In this document: in pieces, positions 28,601-37,631 of the stretch | Layout: the number at the start of each line of letters is the position of its first letter | Numbering within the stretch: the first letter of the stretch is position 1 | Assembly (NCBI GenBank): GCA_965213675.1 | Contig: OZ243916.1 | Coordinates: forward strand, 2,848,001-2,912,000 | Direction of reading: 5' to 3' | DNA length: 64,000 bases | Source of the DNA: an uncultured Candidatus Binatia bacterium | GTDB taxonomy: Bacteria > Desulfobacterota > Binatia > UBA9968 > JAJDTQ01 | The notes under the pieces: model-generated | Told to the model about the DNA's origin: nothing | Database searches by the model: none | Seen by the model: the letters and a program-made list of their open reading frames with translations, nothing else | Program-made: the position numbers and the translations under genes

Positions 28601-29196
28601 CTGTCCATGTCCGCGTCCTTGTCCGCTTCGATGTCCATTACCGCCTGCTTCGCGTCGTTGTAGGCCGTCATGGCTGCCATTTCCGCGGCCGCGGCCGCCA
28701 TCTGGGCGGCGCTCAGCGCGGTGGCTTCCTGTTCCTGGGCCTGCTTCGCTTGCGTTATGGCCGCAGCGTAACCCTCGGTATCCATCTGTGCCGCCTCGGC
28801 CCTCGCCTGCGCGGCCTCCGCATTGGCCTGAGCAGCCTCGGCCTCGCTTGACGTTCCAGCCGACTGAGCGGCCGCGTTGGCGGCCTTGGCGTCGTCGTAA
28901 GCGGCTGCGGCGCGATGCATCGCGGCCTCGGCGGCTACGTAGCTCGTGTTGTCAGCAGCCTTGTCCGCTTCGGCTCCCATGAAGGCCGTTTTCGCGGCTT
29001 CGTAAGCAGTCATTGCGGCCATCTCCGCCGCGGCCGCCGCATCCTGTGCGGCCTTCAAGTCGGCTGCTTCCTGAACCTCCGCCGGTGTCGGTCCCGGGTC
29101 GGGCTGTTCGGACGAACCACCGCTGCAGCCGTACAGCACCATGGAGAGTACGGCGGCAAGGCAGAGCGCCAACAGTTTGTTAGCTGAAGTAGACAT
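25690..29196 (-). CDS. Giant surface lipoprotein: Ala-rich coiled-coil stalk plus C-terminal TbpB-like handle/barrel domain
   Basis: Lipobox LYGC; about 750 aa of Ala-rich helical repeats; DYLLFGIWL, ARYVGEAVG, GKWEGSFFGP, AAGTFG, FVGAFGA. Confidence 0.8.
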   Translation of the reverse strand: MSTSANKLLALCLAAVLSMVLYGCSGGSSEQPDPGPTPAEVQEAADLKAAQDAAAAAEMAAMTAYEAAKTAFMGAEADKAADNTSYVAAEAAMHRAAAAYDDAKAANAAAQSAGTSSEAEAAQANAEAAQARAEAAQMDTEGYAAAITQAKQAQEQEATALSAAQMAAAAAEMAAMTAYNDAKQAVMDIEADKDADMDSYNAAVAARDRAGAAYRDAVRWNSSAQAATTSAAAEQAQRTAEGARDAARAASDEASTEAGMVADAKMKADEAMALNAAKMAANDAATAAETAYNEAKAAVDNAMADATSNALKYAEATRALDKAEAAYMAAMAANTKAQAAATSADAKMYQGQVEAARDDAMSYGEVAENAAGAVTGSGDDERMALDDAKKKAQEAEAAAKKAYDDAMAAVSELEDDGSDAYDEAVKAMNAAMAAHAAAQAANGMAQAATESSVAMIHQRNAENAKMDADNALDDANKYAGMVSDAKALADLKSDAAAAEAAAKLSAEAARTIATNAEDVGGDVHARLVLAAEAAEGHYADAKEANSKAQGATTAAEAQTHLTAAETAAGHAAESEAEAKDDQMIANRLRADREAVALKTAQGAAKTAADKAMEHSNAAKAAADMAGGADGTGGEVKRAQDAYEKAMRGRKNSEGAKAALDEAMKAYTAARAAATRAMNASTDAMAASTSAAGAMMSTEAMTYQTEAEGHRDDAKMAYDGEADGDILSAKAAAMNAENYADMAVEAAGEHVLDLFKQANAYDITADMYDTDRDTVTKTAAKLREEETARVGAALTLTAAATDRGTDVSGTVAWLGTEDEPSVTVTGVTFGDNEAKVEYKEDGPGAFRHRFSVSGPTTDGNSQLLLFSDKEKQIAAVTGVQAKRVDNKEIELEDLDYIKKLRFVSDKVYSGDFDDDKNEATPDLSGRFTCPDGVQCSVTFTTGDDDTVMVSAMSGYRFSGSRSAVTAVEADDQEDYLLFGIWLAEAASSGLDTFGAFAKGGTEEYEAPVANKVTGAARYVGEAVGAHHKTGGAVSYFDGAATLVANFGADDMPGTIEGSVDGIFVDGEEYGDSILLMRTVLTEGQATWTGGDAVMGAMSDPGAAHYKFNGKWEGSFFGPTANDTDTEDVDESHVAPKAAAGTFGLSSTTGSGDDAVTESFVGAFGAHLKP

Positions 29197-29706
29197 CTAT
29201 GCTCTCCTTTTCCCTAGAGTAAACTGAATCGCCATTTCCAATCGCTGCCACGGAGGCAGCGTCACGCCCGCGTTCGACCTGGCCGAAGACGCGGCCCCAG
29301 CCTGCGTCAAGGACCAAACCCTGGTCGCAGCATGTGTCCAACTCCTCGTTCCTTCGCTTTACCGATAACATAAAAAGGACCTTGTCCGGCTTTTGTACCA
29401 CCAAGCGGACCGTACGGCAACCCCCATATTTCGGAAATTTCTGGAAATCGGCGTAAATCCCATTCGCCCCGGAACCTTCGGGACGGGAAGCACTCGTGAA
29501 AACACTGGTGGATCATGGTCGCCACGGAACCCGGAAGTGCAGCAGAGATCAGTGTCTACCACCAAAGGATGGGTTTTGCAAGAAGGAAGTGGCGGCAGGA
29601 AGCAGGAAGTGGCGGCGCGGGGCTGGCGCCTCCGGGGAGACCGTGCCAACGTTTCGCTGGCGCCGGGTCGCCCCGTCATGCGCCACGGTCCCCGTCATGC
29701 GCGGCG

Positions 29707-30153
29707 CTATTTGACCTCCGGCGGCGCCGGAAGCCTGAGCAGGATGGTCTTGATGTCCTGGCGGATGGTCTTGATGTCGCCTTCGACCCGTTCAAAACGG
29801 GAGTCGATCTGCGCGAACCGGTCGTCGACTCGGCGAAATTTCTCGTCCACCAGATCGAACCGGGTGTTCATGACCTCCACCACCGAGTCGACACGGCCGT
29901 CGATCTTGTCATTCAGTTGCCCGATCCGGCTGTCAAACTTGTCGTTCAACAGCCCGATCTGGCTGTCGATCTTCTGATTCAGTTGCCCGATCTGGCTGTC
30001 GATCTTGTCGTCCAGTTGCTCGACCCGACCTTCCAGCCGGTTGATGTCGGGTTTGACCTGGACCTGTATTGCCCATACAGACAGACTCCCCAAGGCCGCC
30101 AACACCGCCACCGTGGCCGTAATCACACCGGAAAATTCCTTGAGTATCTTCAC
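29707..30153 (-). CDS. Membrane-anchored coiled-coil protein with 11-residue repeats
   Basis: GTG start after AGGAGGG; N-terminal TM; (K/Q)IDSQIGQLN-type repeats. Confidence 0.7.
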   Translation of the reverse strand: MKILKEFSGVITATVAVLAALGSLSVWAIQVQVKPDINRLEGRVEQLDDKIDSQIGQLNQKIDSQIGLLNDKFDSRIGQLNDKIDGRVDSVVEVMNTRFDLVDEKFRRVDDRFAQIDSRFERVEGDIKTIRQDIKTILLRLPAPPEVK

Positions 30154-30454
30154 GCTATCCCTCCTTCGAGCGTCTGAAGCCATCCTATACTTTCAAGATC
30201 GGTCGATCAAGGTTTTCCTTAGGCTGAAGTCCATCCGCGGCGATGAAATCCGCGGGTTCCGGGAACTCGGCGGAAGGGTCTCCGTGTCCGCGGCGCCAAG
30301 GCGGCAGCCTGGGTGTTGCCGTACCGGGACTTGCGGGTACTTGATTCAGGATCTCGTTTGACTTGTGCCCGCAAAAACCCGATAAAGAGACGAACTTGGG
30401 CCGTCCAGGAGCGGCCGCTTCCCACCGGAATTCACAACGCAAGGAGAAGATCCA

Positions 30455-30670
30455 TTGGCAACCTCCGTCACAGCCCCTATGGTTGGTAAGATATTGAGGA
30501 TCGAGGCGAACCCCGGCCAGGCCGTGGAAGAGGACGATGTGGTCATCGTCATGGAAGCCATGAAGATGGAGATTCCCGTGGTGGCGCCGGCTGGCGGGAC
30601 GGTCAAGGAAATCAAGGTCGAGGTGGGGCAGTCGGTGGAGGCGGGAGAGGATCTCGCCGAGATCGAATAG
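30455..30670 (+). CDS. Biotin carboxyl carrier protein
   Basis: APMVG...MEAMKME motif; TTG start after AAGGAG. Confidence 0.93.
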   Translation: MATSVTAPMVGKILRIEANPGQAVEEDDVVIVMEAMKMEIPVVAPAGGTVKEIKVEVGQSVEAGEDLAEIE

Positions 30671-30716
30671 CCACGCCGGCAGGCACGGCTTCGGCCCGGC
30701 GGGATTGAGATCGAAC

Positions 30717-30833
30717 ATGGGCACTTGGGAATTCGGCTTCACGGTGGCGCTGGTGGGCAGCGTCGGCACGCTGGTGGTGCTGTGGCTGCTGAGCCTGCTG
30801 ATTCTTCTCATCAAGAAAATATTTCCTGCATGA
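30717..30833 (+). CDS. OadG/MmdD-like small membrane subunit (38 aa; not in the ORF track)
   Basis: MGTWEFGFTVALVGSVGTLVVLWLLSLLILLIKKIFPA*; single TM between the BCCP and beta-subunit genes. Confidence 0.7.
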   Translation: MGTWEFGFTVALVGSVGTLVVLWLLSLLILLIKKIFPA

Positions 30834-30902
30834 CGACTCATTTCCTGCATGGTGACTTCCTGCATGGTGACTTCCTGCATGGTGACTTCCTGCATGATGA
30901 CT
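30823..30902. repeat. 15-bp tandem repeat (ttcctgcatggtgac), about 5 copies, derived from the small gene's 3' end
   Basis: Directly visible. Confidence 0.9.
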
Positions 30903-30941
30903 CCGCCCCCGGCTCGTCAGTGTCGCTTCCCTGTTTTTTTG

Positions 30942-31225
30942 GTCATTCCCGCTTCTGTGTTTTTTGAGTCATTCCCGCGAAAGCGGGAAACCAGGAGAGG
31001 TGGGGCGGGACCCCTCCGCCGCCCCTGGATTCCCGCTTTCGCGGGAATGACTCAAACAGGGGGGCGGGGATGACTAGAAAAACAGGGGGGGCGGGGGAAT
31101 GACCAAATACAGAGCGGGGCGGGGATGACTAATACAGAGCGGGACGGGGATGACTGAACAGAGAGGGACGGGAATGGCTGAACAGAGAGGGACGGGGATG
31201 ACTGAACAGAGAGGCGGGGATGACG
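30942..31225. repeat. REP doublet followed by about 24-bp tandem units (ggatgactgaacagagagggacg)
   Basis: gtcattcccgcgaaagcgggaa...ggattcccgctttcgcgggaatgac, then about 7 degenerate units each containing g(a/g)atgac. Confidence 0.85.
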
Positions 31226-31301
31226 GGCCGGGGGGACCGGGAGTGGAATAGCGGGGCGTCACCTTTCATAATTGGCGGGTCTTCACCTTTCACAACACGA
31301 T

Positions 31302-32444
31302 ATGGAATCTGCGATCTTTTCCGGCGTTCTGGGGCTGCTTGACGGCATTACGAACCTGGGGGGCGGCCAGGTGGTCATGATGGCCATCGCGGGGGTGCTG
31401 CTCTACCTGGGTATCGGCAAGGGGTTCGAGCCGCTGCTGCTGGTGCCCATCGGCTTTGGCGCCATCCTGGTGAATATTCCCCAGGCGGACCTGATGGCGG
31501 AGGGAGGCACGCTCCGGTTCTTCTACGACTTCGGCATCCGCACGGAGATCTTCCCGGTGCTGATCTTCATCGGCATCGGCGCCATGACCGACTTCGGGCC
31601 GCTGTTCTCCAACCCCAAAATCATCATGCTGGGGGCGGCCGGGCAGTTCGGCATCTTCCTGACGCTGCTGCTGGCCTTGGGGCTCGGGTTCAGCAAGCTC
31701 GACGCCGTGGCCATCGCGGTCATCGGCGCGTGCGACGGTCCCACCGCCATCTACGTCAGCTCGCGCTACGCGCCGCACCTGTTGGGCGCGGTGTCGGTGG
31801 CGGCCTATTCTTATATGTCGCTGGTGCCGTTGATTCAGCCGCCCATCATGCGCGTGCTGACCACGGCGCGGGAGAAACAGGTGGTCATGGGCATGGTGCA
31901 ACAGAAGCCCGTGTCCAAAACCACGCGCATCCTGTTCCCCATCGTCGTCACCGTGGTGGCGTCCATCATCGCACCCTTGGGGACGCCGCTCATCGGCATG
32001 CTGATGCTCGGCAACCTGCTGCGGGAGTGCGGCGTGGTGGAACGGCTCAAGCTGGCCTCGGAGAACGAGATCGCCAACATCGTGACGCTGCTGCTGGGAC
32101 TGTCCATCGGCGGCACCATGGCGGCGGAGCGGTTCCTGCGGGTGGAGACCCTGATGGTGCTGTCCCTGGGGCTCGTGGCCATCGGCCTCGACACCGTCAT
32201 GGGTGTCCTCTTCGGCAAGGGCATGTGCCTGCTGAGCCGTGGCAAGATCAATCCCCTCATCGGCGCCGCCGGCATCTCCGCCTTCCCCATGGCCGCCCGC
32301 GTGGTGCAGAACGAGGGCCAGCGCTACAACAGGAAGAACCACCTGCTGATGCACGCCATGAGCGCCAACGCCGGCGGCCAGATCGGCTCCGTCATCGCCG
32401 CGGCCATCATGCTGTCGGTGCTGCGCGGGATGGGGATCATCTGA
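31302..32444 (+). CDS. Sodium-translocating decarboxylase beta subunit (OadB/GcdB/MmdB family)
   Basis: FEPLLLVPIGFG, GAMTDFGP, IGACDGPTAIY, AYSYMSLVPLIQPP, IGAAGISAFPMAAR. Confidence 0.95.
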   Translation: MESAIFSGVLGLLDGITNLGGGQVVMMAIAGVLLYLGIGKGFEPLLLVPIGFGAILVNIPQADLMAEGGTLRFFYDFGIRTEIFPVLIFIGIGAMTDFGPLFSNPKIIMLGAAGQFGIFLTLLLALGLGFSKLDAVAIAVIGACDGPTAIYVSSRYAPHLLGAVSVAAYSYMSLVPLIQPPIMRVLTTAREKQVVMGMVQQKPVSKTTRILFPIVVTVVASIIAPLGTPLIGMLMLGNLLRECGVVERLKLASENEIANIVTLLLGLSIGGTMAAERFLRVETLMVLSLGLVAIGLDTVMGVLFGKGMCLLSRGKINPLIGAAGISAFPMAARVVQNEGQRYNRKNHLLMHAMSANAGGQIGSVIAAAIMLSVLRGMGII

Positions 32445-32588
32445 CAAACTTGCGAATGTGGGCTTAAGGATCGGCATGGAAGGGCGATTCACTCCATGGG
32501 CACCGATTCTTGACTTTCCCGCCGTTTCCTGGTGTCGTGTTCTGGAACGGCCCGCATTGGCGCGCCCAGCGCACCAGGAGATGGCCTC

Positions 32589-33083
32589 ATGAGTTTGATC
32601 GTTTCCGAAATCTACGATGCGCTGATCGAAGCCGGGACTTCCTCGGAGAAGGCAACAGCCGCGGCCGCCGCCGTGCCCTTGGCCGAGAACGTGGCGACAA
32701 AAGACGACATCGCAAGGATTGAAGCGGACATCGCGGGGATTCACGCCAGCATGGCGACCAAGGACGACATCGCAAGGATTGAAGCGAGCATGGTGACCAA
32801 GCAGGACCTCGCGGATGCCTGCATGGCTTTCGAGCGGAAACTCGCGGATGCCAGCACGGCTTTCGAGCGGAAACTCGCGGATGTCAGCATGGCTGCCAAG
32901 CAGGACCTCGCGGATGTCAGCACGGCTTTCGAGCGGAAACTCGCGGAATACAACTCGGCCATCAATCGGGAGTTCGCGAAGATCAAGAAGGACATTGCCG
33001 TCCTCAAGTTCGCGGTGTTCAGCGGCGGAGCGGTCATCATGGCCGCTCTCGGCACTCTGTTAAAGCTGGCTTTGTATCCGTAG
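32589..33083 (+). CDS. Coiled-coil membrane protein, paralogue 1 (MSLIVSEIYDAL family, CCDC90-like architecture)
   Basis: Head IVSEIYDALIEAG, ATKDD necks, 11-aa repeats, C-terminal TM ending LALYP. Confidence 0.8.
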   Translation: MSLIVSEIYDALIEAGTSSEKATAAAAAVPLAENVATKDDIARIEADIAGIHASMATKDDIARIEASMVTKQDLADACMAFERKLADASTAFERKLADVSMAAKQDLADVSTAFERKLAEYNSAINREFAKIKKDIAVLKFAVFSGGAVIMAALGTLLKLALYP

Positions 33084-33144
33084 TTCGTCTGCATGGGCGC
33101 CTTGCGCGACCGTATCCGCTCCAACGTCTGGAAACCCGACCTCC

Positions 33145-34734
33145 GTGGCCGAAAAACGCAAAGCACCTGAACCCGACGGCGCCGCGCGGGAAGTTCCGGC
33201 CCCGGAACAACGTCTCGCCGACCTCGAGGCGGGCGTCCTCGCGGGCGACCTCCGCGCCATCGACAAGCAGCACGGCGAGGGCAAGCTCACGGCCCGGGAG
33301 CGCATCGAGCGGCTCGTGGACCCGGGCAGTTTCACGGAAGAGTTCATGCTGGCCGAGACCCAGTGCACGGATTTCGGCATGGCGGAGCGGCGCCGGCCCA
33401 CGGACGGGGTGGTGTGCGGGTTCGCGCGCGTCGACGGGCGGCCGGTGTACCTGTTCGCCCAGGACCGCACGGTGCTGGCCGGGGCGGTGGGCAGCGCCCA
33501 CGCCGAGAAGATCGCCAACGGCATCCGCACCGCCCGGTCCCTGGGAATGCCGTGCATCGGTCTCTACGACTCGGTGGGGGCGCGCATCCAGGAGGGGCTC
33601 TCGGTCACGGCGGCCATCGGCCAGATCTTCTTCGAGAACAGCATCGCGTCGGGCGCGATCCCGCAGATCTCAGCAGTCATGGGGCCGTGCATCGGCGTGG
33701 CCTCGTATTCGCCGGCGCTCACGGACTTCATCCTCATGGTGCGCGGCACGAGCCAGATGTTCATCACCGGGCCGCCGGTGATCAAGGAGGTGCTGGGGGA
33801 AGAAGTGACCATGGAGGAGTTGGGCGGCGTGCGCATCCACTCCGAGGTATCCGGGGTGGCGGACGTGGTGAGCGCGGATGACGAGGCCTGCCTGGCGGAG
33901 ATCCGCAGGCTGCTGGGGTACCTTCCGGCAAACTGCCACGAGGCGCCGCCGCGGCGGGAGAGCGGCGACGACCCCGAACGGCGGCTCGACGGCATCGAAG
34001 CGCTGGTGCCCGAAGACAAGCGCAAGCCCTACGACATCGTCAAGGTCATCCGGGCGGTGGTGGACGGCGGCGAGTTCCTGGAACTCAAGCGCCGCTTCGC
34101 GCGCAACCTGGTGATCGGGTTCGGGCGGCTCGACGGCCACCCGGCAGGGTTCGTGGCCAACCAGCCCATGTTCCTGGCCGGCAGCCTGGACGTGGACGCG
34201 TCCGACAAGGCGGCGCGCTTCATCCGCTTCTGCGACGCCTTCAACATCCCCATCGTGACGCTGATGGACGTGCCCGGGTTCTTCCCCGGGCGGCAGCAGG
34301 AAGAACTGGGCATCATCCGTCACGGCGCCAAGATGCTCTACGCTTACGCCGAGGCCACCGTTCCCAAGATCACCCTCGTGCTGCGCAAGGGCTACGGCGG
34401 CGCCAAGCAGGCCATGTGTACGCGCGAGATGGGCGCCGACCAGCTTTGGCTGTGGCCCGGCGTGGAGCTGGCGGTCATGGGCGGCGGCGGCGCCGTCAAC
34501 GTGCTCTACCGGCGCGAGATCGCCGCCTCCGACGACCCCGAGCGCACCCGCCGCGAGAAGATGGCCGAGTTCCACGAGCGCTTCAACGGCCCCTTCGAGG
34601 CACTCTCCAAACAATTCTCCCAAGCGGCCATCCAGCCCGCCGAAACCCGCGCCCGCCTCATCCACGCCCTGGCGCTGCTGCGCCGCAAAAAGGAAACCCG
34701 CCCCGCCAAAAAGCACGGCGTCATGCCAGTGTAG
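33145..34734 (+). CDS. Acyl-CoA carboxylase/decarboxylase carboxyltransferase subunit
   Basis: KLTARERI, DGVVCG, DSVGARIQEG, MFITGP, VANQP, RFCDAFNIP, DVPGF, KKHGVMP. Confidence 0.93.
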   Translation: MAEKRKAPEPDGAAREVPAPEQRLADLEAGVLAGDLRAIDKQHGEGKLTARERIERLVDPGSFTEEFMLAETQCTDFGMAERRRPTDGVVCGFARVDGRPVYLFAQDRTVLAGAVGSAHAEKIANGIRTARSLGMPCIGLYDSVGARIQEGLSVTAAIGQIFFENSIASGAIPQISAVMGPCIGVASYSPALTDFILMVRGTSQMFITGPPVIKEVLGEEVTMEELGGVRIHSEVSGVADVVSADDEACLAEIRRLLGYLPANCHEAPPRRESGDDPERRLDGIEALVPEDKRKPYDIVKVIRAVVDGGEFLELKRRFARNLVIGFGRLDGHPAGFVANQPMFLAGSLDVDASDKAARFIRFCDAFNIPIVTLMDVPGFFPGRQQEELGIIRHGAKMLYAYAEATVPKITLVLRKGYGGAKQAMCTREMGADQLWLWPGVELAVMGGGGAVNVLYRREIAASDDPERTRREKMAEFHERFNGPFEALSKQFSQAAIQPAETRARLIHALALLRRKKETRPAKKHGVMPV

Positions 34735-34774
34735 AACCCCGCGTCACTAACCTCATCGCCACGCCTCCTCTTGC

Positions 34775-34810
34775 CGTCATTTCCGCGGAAGCGGGAATCC
34801 AGGGGTGGCG
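34775..34810. repeat. Single CGTC-type REP
   Basis: cgtcatttccgcggaagcgggaatccagggg. Confidence 0.85.
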
Positions 34811-34947
34811 GGGCGACTTCTCGTTTAAGTTGACCATCCTGAGCGCCGACAGTTCCTTATGAGACCCTTCTTGACTTTGCCGCCGTTTCTTGGTCTCGTA
34901 TTCTGAAACGGCCCTTCCATGCGCGGGGCGCATTTGGAGAATGAACG

Positions 34948-35289
34948 ATGGGCCTGATCGTTTCCGAAGTCTACGATGCACTGATCGAAGCCGGAGCCTC
35001 CCCAGTCAGCGCAAAAGCCGCCGCCGGCGCCGTGCCACCAGCCGAGAACATGGCCACCAGGGACGACATCAACAGGGTGGAAGGCGACATCGCCAGAATC
35101 GAGGCCAACATGGCCACCAGGGACGACATCAACAGGGTGGAAGGCGACATCGCCAGAATCGAGGCCAACATGGCCACCAGGGACGACATCGCCAGAATCG
35201 AGAAACAGATCGCTGTCCTCCGCTTCGCGGTCTTCACCGGCGGCCCGGCCATCCTTGCCTTCATGGTCAAGCTGACCTTCTTCCCGTAG
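34948..35289 (+). CDS. Coiled-coil membrane protein, paralogue 2
   Basis: MGLIVSEVYDALIEAG; exact 60-bp repeat (MATRDDINRVEGDIARIEAN); TM ending KLTFFP. Confidence 0.82.
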   Translation: MGLIVSEVYDALIEAGASPVSAKAAAGAVPPAENMATRDDINRVEGDIARIEANMATRDDINRVEGDIARIEANMATRDDIARIEKQIAVLRFAVFTGGPAILAFMVKLTFFP

Positions 35290-35328
35290 GTTTTCGCCAC
35301 GCGTCGAATCCGCGGAACCCCTAGCCCC

Positions 35329-35745
35329 CTACTCGCGTGCCCCCTCCCGCCGCGTCATGATCGCCAGCCGCGTGACCCCGGCGGCCCGGGCGGCGTCCAT
35401 CACCGCCACCACCACACCGTGAGGCACGCGCCGGTCGGCGCGGATCCACACCTGGGCGTCGCGCCGTCCCGCGGCCGCCGCGCGCAGGCGCGCCCCCAAC
35501 ACCTCCAGGGTCACCGGCGCGCCGTCGAGGCGGACGGTGCCGTCCGGTGTAACGGCGATGGTGATGTCGCGGTCCTCGCTCGCCAGCTCCGGGGCCGCGG
35601 CGCCGGGCAGGTCCACGGTGATACCCGGGTTGGTCAGGAAGTTCATGGACAGGGCGAAGAAGATCAGCAGGTTGAAGATCGTGTCCACCACCGGCGTCAT
35701 GTCGATGAAGCCCGCGGCGGCTCTCCTGCGGGGGCGAAAATTCAT
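35329..35745 (-). CDS. exbD: ExbD/TolR biopolymer transporter
   Basis: IDMTPVVDTIFNLLIFF, IRADRRVPHG; ATG overlaps the upstream stop. Confidence 0.88.
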   Translation of the reverse strand: MNFRPRRRAAAGFIDMTPVVDTIFNLLIFFALSMNFLTNPGITVDLPGAAAPELASEDRDITIAVTPDGTVRLDGAPVTLEVLGARLRAAAAGRRDAQVWIRADRRVPHGVVVAVMDAARAAGVTRLAIMTRREGARE

Positions 35746-36371
35746 GCCGGCCGACCGCTCCCGTCGCCCGCGCCGTCGGTCAGCAGGTCCATGAAGCGAG
35801 TGCACAGGCGCTCCATTTCCAGTGTCAGGGCGTTGGCCTTGTTGAGCAGGTAGCGGTGCATGACCACGGTGGGAATGGCCACGCTCAGGCCCGCCAGGGT
35901 GGTGACGAGGGCCTCGGAGATGCCCCCGGCCAGGGTGGCCGGGTCTACCACGCTCTGGGTCGAGATCACCGAGAAGATCTCGATCATGCCCGAGATGGTG
36001 CCCAGGAGGCCGAGCAGGGTGCTGACCCCGGCGATGGTGCCGAGGGTGTCCACAAAGCGCTCCAGCCCAGCGGCTTCCTGCCGGCCGGCCTCCTCCAGAT
36101 GCTCCTTCATGATGTCGCGCCGCTGCCCGGCGACGCGCACGCCCACCGCCAACACCCGCGCCACCGCCGCCGGGCTCGCGCCCAGCAACTCCCCGGCCGC
36201 CGCCAAGTCCCGGTCCGCCACCAGCGCCTCGGCGCGACGCACCAAGTCCGCCGGCGCCACCCGCCGCCGCCGCAGACTCAGCAACCGTTCCACGAAGATC
36301 GCCACCGCCACCATGGAACACAACAGGATCGGCGCCATGAAGAAGCCGCCCTTGGCAAGGAATTCAAACAT
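35742..36371 (-). CDS. exbB: MotA/TolQ/ExbB proton channel protein
   Basis: LGTIAGVSTLLGLLGTISGMI, GISEALVTTLAGL. Confidence 0.88.
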   Translation of the reverse strand: MFEFLAKGGFFMAPILLCSMVAVAIFVERLLSLRRRRVAPADLVRRAEALVADRDLAAAGELLGASPAAVARVLAVGVRVAGQRRDIMKEHLEEAGRQEAAGLERFVDTLGTIAGVSTLLGLLGTISGMIEIFSVISTQSVVDPATLAGGISEALVTTLAGLSVAIPTVVMHRYLLNKANALTLEMERLCTRFMDLLTDGAGDGSGRPA

Positions 36372-36554
36372 GATGTGAGCCGTTCACGGATGTGTGGACC
36401 GCCACCTCGCGCCATCCGCGCCTTGATATCTGCCGGACTGCCGGCCCAAGCGCTTGGCCGGACCATGGGCGGCGCACCGCCTTGTGCCCCGTCCCCCTGT
36501 GCCATATCATTTGCTCATGGCTTCCGTTAAGCGCCCGGCGCCCCTCGTTGTCCC

Positions 36555-37283
36555 ATGAGCGACGTCAATCTCATCGTGGCCTTCGCCGCCGGCGCGCTCT
36601 CGTTCCTGAGCCCCTGCGTGCTGCCGCTGATCCCGTCGTACCTGTCCTTCGTCTCCGGCATCTCGCCACGCGAGATGAGCGAGGGCGGCGCCGCCAGCGG
36701 TCGAGTGATGGGCAACGCGTTCGCGTTCGTCCTGGGCTTCTCCATCGCCTTCATCGCCCTGGGCGCGTCGGCCAGCCTGCTGGGGCGGCTGCTGATGGGG
36801 TACCAGGACGTGGTGCGCGTGGCCGGCGGCTTGTTCATCCTGGTGGTGGGGGTGTACCTGACCGGGCTCTTCCGGGTCGCCACCCTGGAACGCTACGCCC
36901 AGGTCAACCTGCGCAGCAAGCCCGCCGGGTATCTCGGCTCGGTGCTTGTGGGCCTCACCTTCGCGGTGGCCTGGATTCCATGCGTAGGGCCGATCCTCGG
37001 CGCCATCCTGACCCTGGCCGGCACCACCGGCGAGTTGCACCGCGGCGCGCTGCTGCTCTCCGCCTACGCCGCCGGCCTGGGCCTGCCGCTGCTCCTCAGC
37101 GCTTTGGCCATGAGCCAGTTCTTCCGCGTCTCCCGCGCCCTCGGCTCCTGGCTCCCCGCCATCCACGTCGCCGCCGGCCTCCTCCTCGTCGCCGTCGGCC
37201 TCCTCCTCGTCACCGACAACATGACCGCCGTCAACGCCTACGCCCTCCGCCTCACCCCCGCCTGGCTGGTGACGCGCCTGTAG
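36555..37283 (+). CDS. ccdA: Cytochrome c biogenesis protein CcdA
   Basis: FLSPCVLPLIPSY and WIPCVGPIL motifs. Confidence 0.92.
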   Translation: MSDVNLIVAFAAGALSFLSPCVLPLIPSYLSFVSGISPREMSEGGAASGRVMGNAFAFVLGFSIAFIALGASASLLGRLLMGYQDVVRVAGGLFILVVGVYLTGLFRVATLERYAQVNLRSKPAGYLGSVLVGLTFAVAWIPCVGPILGAILTLAGTTGELHRGALLLSAYAAGLGLPLLLSALAMSQFFRVSRALGSWLPAIHVAAGLLLVAVGLLLVTDNMTAVNAYALRLTPAWLVTRL

Positions 37284-37312
37284 GGCATCCATCGCTTCCA
37301 ACGTAAGTGAAG

Positions 37313-37606
37313 ATGGAGACTCCCTTTGTCTACATCCTCGCCAGCAAACCCCGCGGGACACTTTATATCGGCGTCACATCCAAACTTGTTCAACGCGTCT
37401 GGCAACACAAGAACGACGTCGTCGCCGGTTTCACCAAGCGCTACCAAGTACACCGCCTGGTCTGGTACGAGGTCCACGGCTCCATGGAAAGCGCCATCAC
37501 CAGAGAAAAGGTCCTCAAGAAGTGGCGCCGCGCCTGGAAGATCGCGTTGATCGAGAAAACCAACCCCACATGGGCCGACCTCTATGACGACATCGCAAAT
37601 TTCTGA
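37313..37606 (+). CDS. Small GIY-YIG nuclease (UPF0213-like)
   Basis: FVYILAS...TLYIGVT...RVWQHK...FTKRY...AITREK.LKKW.RAWKI.LIE..NP.W.DL. Confidence 0.93.
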   Translation: METPFVYILASKPRGTLYIGVTSKLVQRVWQHKNDVVAGFTKRYQVHRLVWYEVHGSMESAITREKVLKKWRRAWKIALIEKTNPTWADLYDDIANF

Positions 37607-37631
37607 CTTCGCCCCTACCGCCCCGAGTCGT

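Noticed and set aside
30185-30895. 236-aa ORF beginning with MQEVT repeats
   Set aside because: Arises from the 15-bp tandem repeat and runs antisense to the BCCP and OadG-like genes.
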